Notes under the pieces: model-generated
Database searches by the model: none
Seen by the model: the letters and a program-made list of their open reading frames with translations, nothing else
Told to the model about the DNA's origin: nothing
Part shown: one piece after another, positions 10,275 through 19,727 of the stretch
How the letters are laid out: each line of letters opens with the position of its first letter
How positions within the stretch are numbered: position 1 is the stretch's first letter
Translations under genes and position numbers: made by a program
From: Planctomycetales bacterium
Lineage (GTDB): Bacteria; 4484-113
Direction: 5' to 3'
NCBI GenBank assembly: GCA_037441675.1
Contig: JBBIRS010000004.1
Location: 94,617 to 158,616, forward strand
DNA: 64,000 nucleotides

Positions 10275-11434
10275 TAGCGACTAGACTTAAACTTAACTCC
10301 TTCCGCAATTTCTCGTCCCAGGAAATAGTCTTCAAAAGCGGTGTAAACATCATCTACGGAACAAATGCAAGCGGGAAAACAAATTTGATAGAGGCACTGT
10401 ACTTTGTCTCAAATTTAACTGGCTTCCGAACCGAGAGAGATATAGAACTTGTAAGGAAAGGGAATCAAGGATTTCAAGTTGAGTGCGACTTACTTTACGA
10501 TAGTGGAGGTAATTTAGCGGTTGATTTAGTTTTCAAAAATGGCAAAAAGTACTTGCGCGCTAACAATGTTCCCGTTCTCAAGCTTAGCGAGTGGTTTGGT
10601 AGAGTTCCAATATATCTCTTTAGCCCTGACAGTTTACATATTCTATGGGGCGAACCTACTAGAAGGCGTGGACTCTGGGATGCAGAAATCATTAAGAGTG
10701 ATAAAGAATCTCGCTCTTCTCTCCTCAACTATCAGCTCGCGCTCAGAAACCGTAACAAAATCCTAAGAGAGCTATCAACCGGTTACGGGAGCAGCGAGCA
10801 TAAATCACTATTAGATTTTTACACTGAGTCACTAGTTGTCTATGGAAGCAAGATTATATCCGCCCGTCTGAGGCATCTATCTGAAGTTATGAAGTTAATT
10901 GGAGATTTGTATCATATGTTGACCAAAGAGCGCCTCATTCTTCGGATACGATATTCAACATCTATTAAAAGTATTAGGAGCGAATCTGATTTTCATTACA
11001 TTAGAAATAAGTACGACAAGGCGCTCGAGGCAGCTCGGAAGTCTGAAATTGAAAAAGGTTACACCCTTTACGGTCCTCATCGAGATGATATAAAGTTCTA
11101 CCTAAATGATGTTCCAGTAACTCAAATCGCAAGTCAGGGGCAGGTGCGGGCAGTAGCGATTGCCCTACTTCTTTCACTGGCTGAAGTGCACACTAAGAAA
11201 ACTGGTGAACACCCCATTATTCTCTTGGATGATGCGCTCTCGGAACTTGATGATGAGAGAAAGAAGAATCTCATTCAACTAATTATGAAGTATCCACAAT
11301 GCCTCCTAACATCAGCTTCTAAGAAGGAAGTTCAAGGATTATTAAGCCTTAGCCCAACCATTTTTAAGGTGGAAAGGGGAACCTTAGTTAGAACCACATT
11401 TTCTAAGGCAAGTAAGGTAACTACTAAGGCATAG
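10271..11434 (+). CDS. recF: DNA replication/repair protein RecF
   Basis: FRN, GTNASGKTNLIEAL, GPHRDD, SQGQ.R, PIILLDDALSELD. Confidence 0.95.
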   Translation: MIATRLKLNSFRNFSSQEIVFKSGVNIIYGTNASGKTNLIEALYFVSNLTGFRTERDIELVRKGNQGFQVECDLLYDSGGNLAVDLVFKNGKKYLRANNVPVLKLSEWFGRVPIYLFSPDSLHILWGEPTRRRGLWDAEIIKSDKESRSSLLNYQLALRNRNKILRELSTGYGSSEHKSLLDFYTESLVVYGSKIISARLRHLSEVMKLIGDLYHMLTKERLILRIRYSTSIKSIRSESDFHYIRNKYDKALEAARKSEIEKGYTLYGPHRDDIKFYLNDVPVTQIASQGQVRAVAIALLLSLAEVHTKKTGEHPIILLDDALSELDDERKKNLIQLIMKYPQCLLTSASKKEVQGLLSLSPTIFKVERGTLVRTTFSKASKVTTKA

Positions 11435-11457
11435 CGCTGATTAGAAACCCCTTCGCC

Positions 11458-11790
11458 TTATTCTTCCTCAAAGTAGACTGACGAATGACCAACGCCCTCG
11501 TAACCAACCCCTTCAGAAGATTCGCGAAAGACTCTTCTTTCCCTGACTGCTTCTTCCTCCGCCTCCACCCTTCCTGATATCTCAGAAACTTGCACTCCCG
11601 TTGTCGGTTGAACACTTTCACCCGAAAAGCTTTCATCAAAGAAAGACAATACTTCGGAAATGTTGGAAAGTTTACCCTGCTCTAGAAGGTACTTAAGCTC
11701 AGAGAAAATAGCCACAGTTACCCCAGAAAAAACTAGACCGATTAGAAAAGATAATGAGAAATCAAGGAAGTTTGAAAGACGTTTGTCCAT
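11458..11790 (-). CDS. hypothetical membrane-anchored protein
   Basis: ATG start, one N-terminal TM segment, acidic C-terminus; fills the gap without overlapping neighbours. Confidence 0.6.
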   Translation of the reverse strand: MDKRLSNFLDFSLSFLIGLVFSGVTVAIFSELKYLLEQGKLSNISEVLSFFDESFSGESVQPTTGVQVSEISGRVEAEEEAVRERRVFRESSEGVGYEGVGHSSVYFEEE

Positions 11791-11967
11791 ATTAACTTTA
11801 ACCCTATAGGCAAATTATAATGATGTGGAGACTAATTAGTCAATGATTTAAGCAAATCTGTAGGAGAGAAAATGTCAACTCGGTTGCCAATCTAGAAAGC
11901 TAAGGCAAGTGCCAACACCAATAGTAGTGTAGAGATTAAACTAATAGGTTTAAGAGCCTTTGATGAG

Positions 11968-11976
11968 TGGTATAAT
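11968..11976 (+). promoter_or_regulatory. extended -10 promoter element (TGGTATAAT)
   Basis: Perfect TGnTATAAT 12 nt upstream of ATG 11989. Confidence 0.6.
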
Positions 11977-11988
11977 AAATTCTGAAAG

Positions 11989-12663
11989 ATGATTAGGAAG
12001 GCAATTTGTATTCAAATACTACTGCTGATAGTAGCAATGTACATCAACCCAGCCCTTGCGCAGGAGAAGATTGAAGTCTGGGGCACCATCCGTACCGAGG
12101 AGGGCTTTTATATTTATACCAAAGTAAAGCCCATAACTCAATTCTCCGACCAGTTCTTCACTTACTGGGTTGGGGAAGCGCATGGTAAAAATTACATCTT
12201 TGACCCGTATAAACAGATTTGGTATCCCGGTCCCGTTCAGTACCTTCGGACAACCCTAAATTTTCGGGGCTCGAGAGTGGAAGGCTTTCTACGAGTCTGG
12301 GGGAAACAGAACTCTTTCACAGACCCTAGCTACTTCTTTGGTGTTGACGGTGCAGTCTACAAAAACGTCCGTCTCTATAAGCGGATAGGTCCATATGGCA
12401 AACGTCACCGAAGACTAAGAAAATCTTACTACGTGAATATGCTTAGCGGTGAGAGAAGCGATTTGCCACCGAGAACTTTAGAGGAAGAAGAGTTGTACAA
12501 GCGCCTGATATCTCGACTTGCTGAGGGAGACGCATTCCCTAAATGGGCTGAACCTCTTCCTAAAGACGAGCTTCCGCCATCCACCGAGGAGCTTCCGGAT
12601 GAGGAAAAAGTTGACGAGATGCCTCCTGAAATTGGAGCAAAAGAAGAAAATCCCTCTTCATAA
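11989..12663 (+). CDS. hypothetical exported protein
   Basis: Sec signal peptide ending ALA-Q, aromatic-rich core, Pro/Glu-rich tail. Confidence 0.75.
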   Translation: MIRKAICIQILLLIVAMYINPALAQEKIEVWGTIRTEEGFYIYTKVKPITQFSDQFFTYWVGEAHGKNYIFDPYKQIWYPGPVQYLRTTLNFRGSRVEGFLRVWGKQNSFTDPSYFFGVDGAVYKNVRLYKRIGPYGKRHRRLRKSYYVNMLSGERSDLPPRTLEEEELYKRLISRLAEGDAFPKWAEPLPKDELPPSTEELPDEEKVDEMPPEIGAKEENPSS

Positions 12664-12918
12664 GATTATTTGCTACTAGAAATATAAGCTTTAACGGCGC
12701 AAATATGCTTGAGGAAAGCAATTCACTTAGGTATTGTTCCTTTGTGCGTTAAAGCGCTCTTCAATGAATTGTAAGATACGAAAACACAATAATAATTTGA
12801 GAAACATCTCAGAAAATAAATGAGGGTTACCTTCAATTCAACTATCTTAAGACAAATGATAATAAAGAAATTGCGGGTAAAAAGAATTACTTAAGAAGAC
12901 TTCTTCGGTTTGTGAAAG

Positions 12919-13131
12919 ATGCCAATCTATGAATATGAATGTGAAGCTTGTGGTCGAATAATTGAGAAGCTAACAACCTCGCTAATGGATGCTGAGAATG
13001 AAGAAACTTGCGAATGCGGCGGAAAGTTAAGGCGTATTTTTTCGGTTACAGCAGACCTTCTCAGCTCCAAGCCTTCAAGCTTAAGCTCAACTGAAGCCTG
13101 TGGAACAGGTGGTTGAAACATATCAACCTAG
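12919..13131 (+). CDS. FmdB-family zinc-ribbon protein, probable selenoprotein (UGA 13114-13116 read as Sec; ends at 13116 if UGA is a stop)
   Basis: MPIYEYECEACG...CECGG.L.R..S FmdB signature; tail CGTGG-TGA-NIST-TAG with a hairpin downstream of the UGA. Confidence 0.8.
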
Positions 13132-13150
13132 CCAGGCTTGGCTAGCTGAT
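13122..13150 (+). promoter_or_regulatory. putative bacterial SECIS element
   Basis: ATCA-ac-CTAGCCA-GGCT-TGGCTAG-c-TGAT; G-led apical loop begins 18 nt after the UGA; no U-tract. Confidence 0.6.
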
Positions 13151-13253
13151 CTGAACCTTCGCCCTGAGCGTCAAATCCAATTATCTTTAACTACCCAAAG
13201 CGCCAAATTAACAGATTATCTTAAATACTTTAGTCAAAGGAGGCACTAATTCC

Positions 13254-13787
13254 TTATGTTCTTTCAACTTTTTCTGGTGAGGTAGGGATTTTTTCAGGAC
13301 TGGGCAGCTCAATATCAGGAATTCTCAAAGGTTCCGCGGGAGCTCCTTGTCCCCCATCCTTAGGTTTTGTTAGCTTTATTCGGCCTGTATGGTCAACACT
13401 AAGAGTTCCTAAATTACCTGGAAGTGTGGCTGTTATTAGCAAATTATCACTCTTCTCGCTAGGACCAACAATTTTAATACCCCTATCTACTATTTCATCC
13501 CTGTTCAGAAATCTCTTATCCAAGAAGGGCCCTCCGTTTTCAGGCTTTGCAAGTTCGGAAAATCTATCATAATACCCGTTTCTAAGGTAATATGCCCTCT
13601 CCCTCTCATATAGATACTTAAGTTGGTCTTTGGCATACTGTTCTACATCAGTAATCTTAGGAGACCGGAGTGTGGGGAAGGCAATGAATAAAATCATCAC
13701 CAAGAAACCTAGAATTATTAGGAGTTCAAGAAGTGTCATTGCTTGTTGCTTCACAGGCTTAGAAATGCTTTTAATCGCTATTTTCAT
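13254..13787 (-). CDS. type IV pilin / type II secretion pseudopilin-like protein
   Basis: Basic leader, then A|MTLLELLIILGFLVMILFIAFP (class III signal with E5); Pro-rich tail. Confidence 0.8.
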   Translation of the reverse strand: MKIAIKSISKPVKQQAMTLLELLIILGFLVMILFIAFPTLRSPKITDVEQYAKDQLKYLYERERAYYLRNGYYDRFSELAKPENGGPFLDKRFLNRDEIVDRGIKIVGPSEKSDNLLITATLPGNLGTLSVDHTGRIKLTKPKDGGQGAPAEPLRIPDIELPSPEKIPTSPEKVERT

Positions 13788-14014
13788 CCTTAGAAAAAAT
13801 TATACATGCAATTACTTCCCTTCTAGATACTACCCTCTATGCTAGTGAAACCCGAAAAGTAATTTTCAGAGAATATCTTTGGATATTCATGTGTATAACT
13901 CATCATTCTATTGCGAAATACAACGAGCTATTAAAGAGGTTTTCTGCAAGAAGCAGGTAGTCTATTATAAAGTATAGTAGTATTGTTTATTCCCTATTTT
14001 CATTGGAGGAAGAA

Positions 14015-14977
14015 ATGTTAAACGTCGTTGAACGACCTTGGGATGAAACTTGGGACACGATTATTATAGGTGGTGGTCCAGCGGGTGTTGCCGCAGGCAT
14101 TTACGCAATCCGTGGTGGATTAAAAAGCATCATAATTGAAAAGCAGTTTATTGGTGGACAGATTGCCTTGACATATGAGGTGGAAAATTACCCGGGTTAT
14201 CCACACATTGAAGGACCTGAGCTAGCTCAAAAGCTTTCCGAGCAACTGGAGAAATTCCAAGTACCAATCATTTTTAAGGGCGTAAAACGACTCCACGCGA
14301 GCAAGGACAGTAACTTTGAGGTGGAAGTTGCAACAGGAGAGAGGATTGTCGGCAGAACTATAATAATCGCCTCGGGTAGCACTCCGAATCGCCTGCCCGC
14401 TGAAAATGAGGAAAAGTTCTACGGTAAGGGAGTATCCTACTGTGCGGTATGTGATGGACCTTTTTTCAAAGAGCAACCAGTAGCAGTTGTAGGCGGTGGC
14501 GATGCAGCAGTAGAAGAAGCAACTTACCTTGCCACTATTTGTTCGCATGTAACCTTAATTCATAGAAGACGAGAGTTTCGCGCTCAACCCCTATACATTG
14601 AGAGACTCGCCTCTAAGCCCAATGTGTCTTTTAAGCAACCATACGTGGTAGAAAAAATACTCGGTGATGAAAAGGTGGAGAGAATTTCGCTTAAGAATGT
14701 GGAAACGGGCGAGACCGACTTACTAGAAGTCCCAGCGGTTTTCGGTTTCATTGGGCATAAACCAAACACAGAATTTGCGATGGGTTTTGTTGAGATGTCC
14801 GAGGATGGCCAGATATTTGTTGATGAACGGATGCGAACTAACAGACCAGGAGTTTTTGCAGTTGGAGATTTAACGTTTAGAAGCCTAAAGCAGATGGCAA
14901 TCTCCTGCGGTGAAGGTGTTACCGCAGCGATTATGGCAAGACATTTTCTCAACGATGGTAAGTGGAGAGATGAATAG
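14015..14977 (+). CDS. trxB: thioredoxin-disulfide reductase
   Basis: GGGPAG, GGQI...VENYPG, GVSYCAVCDG, VGGGDAAVEEA, HRR.EFRA, GVFAVGD. GGAGG precedes ATG 14015. Confidence 0.95.
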   Translation: MLNVVERPWDETWDTIIIGGGPAGVAAGIYAIRGGLKSIIIEKQFIGGQIALTYEVENYPGYPHIEGPELAQKLSEQLEKFQVPIIFKGVKRLHASKDSNFEVEVATGERIVGRTIIIASGSTPNRLPAENEEKFYGKGVSYCAVCDGPFFKEQPVAVVGGGDAAVEEATYLATICSHVTLIHRRREFRAQPLYIERLASKPNVSFKQPYVVEKILGDEKVERISLKNVETGETDLLEVPAVFGFIGHKPNTEFAMGFVEMSEDGQIFVDERMRTNRPGVFAVGDLTFRSLKQMAISCGEGVTAAIMARHFLNDGKWRDE

Positions 14978-15027
14978 AAATTAGCATTACTATCCCGATA
15001 ACTGCTATTTCCCATTAAAAAATTAAA

Positions 15028-15633
15028 TTGAAAATGAGCAAACTTGCAGAGCTTAAACGGCAGATTTGTTCAAGAAGTGAATTCCTTCTAAGGTCAGGTC
15101 TTATCACCCTCTCGGGGGGAAATATCTCAGCAAGATATATGCAAAAAATGCTTATCACTCCTAGATATTCCGCTGAAATTTACGAATGGAAACTAAAACC
15201 AAGCGACATTTGCGAGATAAGTTTAGAAGAACCTCTAATAGAAATACCTCAAAACGCTTCAAGAGAAAGTCATCTTCACTACATAATTCTTAAGGAGTTT
15301 AATCAGGTAAATGCACTGATTCACACCCACGAAAGGAATTTGCTCACATTCGCCCAGCTAAGAAAGCCACTGCCACTTTTCGGAGAATCTGCAACTTTGC
15401 TGGGCGAGAAAGTATCTTTATGCGGATTAGCGCCATCAGGAAGCACTAAGCTTGCAAACGTGGTCTTGAAAGCTCTTAGTAAGAATTTCTCCTATAACTG
15501 CAAACAGCTCGCGATATTGATACCTAGTCATGGCGCTCTAATTGGCGCAGAGAGACTTAGCCTTGCTTGCTCCTTACTTGCGGCACTCTCCGAATGCGCC
15601 TACGCAAAGTTAATGACTAAGCAGATTGTCTAA
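15028..15633 (+). CDS. class II aldolase/adducin family protein
   Basis: GGNISAR, LITP, ASRE..LH, IHTH, PSGS..LA, HG. Confidence 0.85.
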   Translation: MKMSKLAELKRQICSRSEFLLRSGLITLSGGNISARYMQKMLITPRYSAEIYEWKLKPSDICEISLEEPLIEIPQNASRESHLHYIILKEFNQVNALIHTHERNLLTFAQLRKPLPLFGESATLLGEKVSLCGLAPSGSTKLANVVLKALSKNFSYNCKQLAILIPSHGALIGAERLSLACSLLAALSECAYAKLMTKQIV

Positions 15634-15662
15634 GTAAATTTGGTTTTCTTATAAGAATCAAC

Positions 15663-15718
15663 ATCGCTATCGCAATCTCTTTATCGCAATATCGCTATCC
15701 CAATTTCGATTTCTCAAT
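15663..15718. repeat. degenerate short tandem repeat (ATCGCT/ATCGCA-type units)
   Basis: atcgct atcgca atctct tt atcgca at atcgct atccca atttcg atttct, between convergent genes. Confidence 0.55.
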
Positions 15719-15833
15719 GGAAGGGAAATGGGTAGTTTATAGCTTTTACTATATACTCTAGCATAGTAGGAGATGCGCAAAAATTCAAATGTACCCCTCA
15801 AACATAACTGTCACTTAACAGCGCTCAGTAACG

Positions 15834-16556
15834 CTAAGCTTCGTGAAGTTCCGCTTTTATCTTTTCTATAATTTCTGGTAATTCTTCACTCCATATTTCC
15901 ACTAAGGGAATAAGCTCCTTCTTTATAATATCAGTGAGCAAAACAAAATCTTCTTCTCTGTGGGCCTTTTCTATTAGCGTGAATTTTTTTCGGAGTTGCT
16001 CAGCATCACTAAAAGTCAGGTAGTTTTCTGCATCTTGAGATAGTTCCGATGTTTCTATACCCCGCAACTTTAGCCATGGCCGTGATTCAGCAACTGAAGC
16101 TTCAATTGATGTTGTTAGGTTCAAATACCATTCAATTGAGTTCATGGCATTATGCAATAGTTCGAGTCCAATTGCTATCTCACCTCTATAGAGGGCATCG
16201 GCTGATTCATTAAGTTCATTATATAGAGCTGGTAGTAACTCCTTAGCTTCACTGAGCGCAGATTTGACTATTTCCAAAGTCTTTTGAGAGCGAAGCTCCA
16301 CTAGGATATAGTTGGAAAGTGGAAATCTATGTGATTCTTGCTCTTGTTCCGGGGTGAGATATTTCCCGTCAAGGATTATATCAGTCAGCACATTTGTGCT
16401 CGGGATAACTTCAGATTGAACCCATACCAACAAGTCCTGCAAAGTTTTTATATTAGCTGGAAGGCTAACCTCTTTACCATCAAGAAGAACATGAGGGTTA
16501 TTCTGTTCGCCTTTAGCAATGTCCTCCGCGGGTGAACCTTCCTCCTTCAACTTCAT
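15834..16556 (-). CDS. hypothetical protein
   Basis: Long ORF with a small beta-rich N-terminal domain and helical C-terminus. Start taken at ATG 16556; the ORF is open to 16613. Confidence 0.7.
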   Translation of the reverse strand: MKLKEEGSPAEDIAKGEQNNPHVLLDGKEVSLPANIKTLQDLLVWVQSEVIPSTNVLTDIILDGKYLTPEQEQESHRFPLSNYILVELRSQKTLEIVKSALSEAKELLPALYNELNESADALYRGEIAIGLELLHNAMNSIEWYLNLTTSIEASVAESRPWLKLRGIETSELSQDAENYLTFSDAEQLRKKFTLIEKAHREEDFVLLTDIIKKELIPLVEIWSEELPEIIEKIKAELHEA

Positions 16557-16716
16557 CAATCTGAAATTATCCCAAAGAGACCTATATTTGGCAAGCGTAA
16601 TGGTGAATACCAAACAGTTAGAAAGAGTTTAAGCTAGAATAAGATCCTATTAAAGAGAGGTTGAAAGAGACTCTTCAATTGCTTACTAAATTTAATCTAT
16701 GTATGCTTGAATATTA

Positions 16717-17565
16717 TTGATGAGCAGATTTCTCACAGCACTGATCTATTCGGGAATACTTTCAGTAATTTCATTAGCGATGAAGTTAACGATTACTTCC
16801 TCTGCGTTGTTTGGTTTTTTGCTAAGTTTTGTGATACTTCTGGGAATGGGGATTGAAGGACTTATAATTCTTATCCTTTTCTTCCCTGTGAGTACTCATT
16901 TATCGCTTTTCATAAGAAGGAAACGTGAGGAAGCCCTAACTAGACAGGGTTTCAAGCAAAATATTTCCGCAGAAGAGCTTATGAACTTACCAGGGGATCG
17001 TCCACGCCTAAAGCCTGATTGGAAGCAGGTTGCCGCCAATGGTATCGTAGGGGGTATCTTTTCGCTTATCTATTTCTTGGAAAATTCTGTCCCACTTTCA
17101 CTTGATACCCTAGCAACTTTAAGTTTTTTGAATCCATTGAACTTGCACCTATCGCTAAGCGAAGACTCGGCTTTAATCTGCGCGTATATCGCATCAATTG
17201 CCTCCGCATCCGCGGACACAGTTAGCCATGAGATTGGCATAACCACCAAGGGAAAAACGTACCTCTTAAACCCGCCTAGAGAGGTTTTGCCTGGCACAAT
17301 AGGTGCGATTAGTCTTCTTGGAAGCTTTTCCGCCCTCCTCACCATCGCTGGATTTATTACTGCATCACTAATCTTAGGTATGCTAAAGTCAGAGACGGCA
17401 ATTTTTGCAGTTCTCATCTCCGCCATCGTTGGAAACTTGACGGATTCTCTTATCGGAAGCATCGTTGAAAAACCTAATCCTTTTTGGGGAAACAATTTAA
17501 CGAACCTGGCTAGCACTTTAGTTGCAGGAGTTTTGGCATGGGTTATATTCTCAATCTTAGGTTAA
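16717..17565 (+). CDS. DUF92 / TMEM19-family membrane protein
   Basis: QVAANG, A.ASADTVSHEIG, PGT.GAISLLGS, DSLIGS, NNLTN. Confidence 0.88.
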   Translation: MMSRFLTALIYSGILSVISLAMKLTITSSALFGFLLSFVILLGMGIEGLIILILFFPVSTHLSLFIRRKREEALTRQGFKQNISAEELMNLPGDRPRLKPDWKQVAANGIVGGIFSLIYFLENSVPLSLDTLATLSFLNPLNLHLSLSEDSALICAYIASIASASADTVSHEIGITTKGKTYLLNPPREVLPGTIGAISLLGSFSALLTIAGFITASLILGMLKSETAIFAVLISAIVGNLTDSLIGSIVEKPNPFWGNNLTNLASTLVAGVLAWVIFSILG

Positions 17566-17575
17566 AGAAGTAAAA

Positions 17576-19684
17576 ATGATAGCAGGTAAGTTAAGGATTG
17601 GCATTGACGTTGGGGGGACGTTTACCCACGGAATTCTCATAAATGACCAGTGCAAGATATTAGAAAGTGCAAAAGTTTTTACGACACATTACTCTCCTAA
17701 CGGCGTAGCGGAAGGTGTGATTTCATGCTTGCAAAAGCTCAGTCATCACATTGACATTTCCAAACTAGAGAGCATTAACCACTCAACAACACAAGCAACA
17801 AATGCCCTACTAGAGGGAGATGTGTCGCCTGTGGAGGCTTACGTTTTTTGCACGCCCAGCGAAGTGTTTGCTGTTAATAGGCAGCTTAGCTTCAACAAAA
17901 TTATCCTTTCTAGCCATACCAAAGTACCAGTAAAATTTCATATTTATAGAAAATTTGATGTTGACCCGCCTGAGAAAATTGTCTCACCAATTCTTATCGC
18001 GCAGACAATGACTCAAGAAACTCTCGTGGAAGAGATGGTTTCTGAAAGATGGAGAGAAGCAATTAGGAAGAGCAAAGGACATAGCAATAAAGTACCCTCG
18101 GAGAGCCTAATTCAAACAGCGACCAGTGTATCCAGACTTTACGGACTTAAGTCACGAGTGAAGACAGGCATTATCAACTGCGCTATGCTACCTAGAATGC
18201 TCCAAACTCTATCCTTTATGGAGGAAGCGCTAAATTCCATCAATCTTGAAGTCCCGCTAATGGTCATTAAGAGTGACGGCGGACTTATGCCCAAAGAGTT
18301 AGTATTTGGAAAGCCGATATCCTGTCTTCTTTCAGGCCCTGCAGCAGGCGCTACCGCAGGACTTCATTTTGCCGGTATTAGCTTAGGTCTATTTCTTGAT
18401 ATTGGTGGAACATCCACTGATATATCCTTTGTCTATGGCGGAAAAGTTGCAATGCGCACAGCTAGAATTGGTGGACATCCTCTTCAGGTTGAAACCTTAG
18501 ATATTCGCACTATTGCCCTAGGTGGAGGGTCGCTTATCGGGATGGATAAATATGGGAGGTTAATTCTTGGGCCTAGAAGCTCTCATATCGCAGGACTTAG
18601 CTACCTTTCATTTCTGCCCGATGAGCTTTTACGAAAAGGTAAACTAAATACTTACACGGACAAAAAAAGCGAAGCAAACTATTACATATGGGAAGTAGCA
18701 GAGATGAAAGCAGGATTTACTCTTACGGATTTTGCAAACCTAAAGGGAATAATACCAGAAACTGACGATGCCTTTGTTCCACGTGAAAAGGTTAAATACC
18801 CCTTTGAAGAACTATTGAAAAAATTGAATGAATCATTCTCTTCATTTGAAAGAAAGCTAATATCGGAAATACAGAAAAAATTCCAACCAGTGCTTTCAGA
18901 ATATCTGCGCATATTCAAGCCAGAGAGGGATTTGGTTCGGCTAGTGGGAGGAGGCGGTGGTGTTTATAGCGCATTGCCATTTATCGCAGAAAGCTTTAAT
19001 TTGCCCCTTGAAGTATGTGAATACTATCCAGTTATAAGCGCTCTTGGCGCGGCGATGTCAGCAGGCACAGCCACAGTTAAAATTCCTAGTGAAACAGGAA
19101 ATAGCGCAGATATCCAACGCTCACGGGAACTTGCTATGAAAGAGCTCTCTAGAGCTGGCTTCCCGGCCGAAATTACCCACATTGAATACAACTTTGACAG
19201 GAGCAAGAGGATTTTAACCGCAAGGGCTACTGCATCGCGTCCCTTTGACGCGAACGCCATTCCAAAATCCTTTGATGAGCTTAAAAAGAAGGCTGAGGAA
19301 ATCCTTCGCGGAACAAAAGTTGAAATGGTCTACAAAAATGATATTTTCACAGCCTTTATTTCGGAAACAGTCCGCCGTGGACTTAGAAGGGAACGGTACT
19401 TAATTGTCCTAGACAATCTAGGGCGAGTAAAATTTTTAGAATACGGAGTAAACTTTCTTCAAGTGAAAGGAGCAGAGGCAATGAAAACGACTGTTTCCGA
19501 ATTTTACCGCACGAAAAAATCCTATGGCGATAGCGGAGAGATACCACCTAGCCTAATAGTCGTTTCTCCATCGAAGCTTTACAACCTCGCCACATTAGAA
19601 CAGCTAGACGCAATGCTGGACATACTTTCTGAAGAAAATTCAGAAGAAGAATACCTTGTAATTACTTTACCAGCGAGTAGATGA
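17576..19684 (+). CDS. hydantoinase/oxoprolinase A-family protein
   Basis: GIDVGGTFTH, HSTTQATNALLEG, KSDGG, LSGPAAG, DIGGTSTDI, GGGS, GPRS, SALGAA. Confidence 0.88.
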   Translation: MIAGKLRIGIDVGGTFTHGILINDQCKILESAKVFTTHYSPNGVAEGVISCLQKLSHHIDISKLESINHSTTQATNALLEGDVSPVEAYVFCTPSEVFAVNRQLSFNKIILSSHTKVPVKFHIYRKFDVDPPEKIVSPILIAQTMTQETLVEEMVSERWREAIRKSKGHSNKVPSESLIQTATSVSRLYGLKSRVKTGIINCAMLPRMLQTLSFMEEALNSINLEVPLMVIKSDGGLMPKELVFGKPISCLLSGPAAGATAGLHFAGISLGLFLDIGGTSTDISFVYGGKVAMRTARIGGHPLQVETLDIRTIALGGGSLIGMDKYGRLILGPRSSHIAGLSYLSFLPDELLRKGKLNTYTDKKSEANYYIWEVAEMKAGFTLTDFANLKGIIPETDDAFVPREKVKYPFEELLKKLNESFSSFERKLISEIQKKFQPVLSEYLRIFKPERDLVRLVGGGGGVYSALPFIAESFNLPLEVCEYYPVISALGAAMSAGTATVKIPSETGNSADIQRSRELAMKELSRAGFPAEITHIEYNFDRSKRILTARATASRPFDANAIPKSFDELKKKAEEILRGTKVEMVYKNDIFTAFISETVRRGLRRERYLIVLDNLGRVKFLEYGVNFLQVKGAEAMKTTVSEFYRTKKSYGDSGEIPPSLIVVSPSKLYNLATLEQLDAMLDILSEENSEEEYLVITLPASR

Positions 19685-19727
19685 ACAAGCGCAAATTGAC
19701 TTGAGAAGATAGATTTTATCGCTAACC

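Noticed and set aside
13122..13150. Hairpin as an intrinsic terminator
   Set aside because: No U-tract on either strand; position and loop fit a SECIS better, though a terminator role is not fully excluded.
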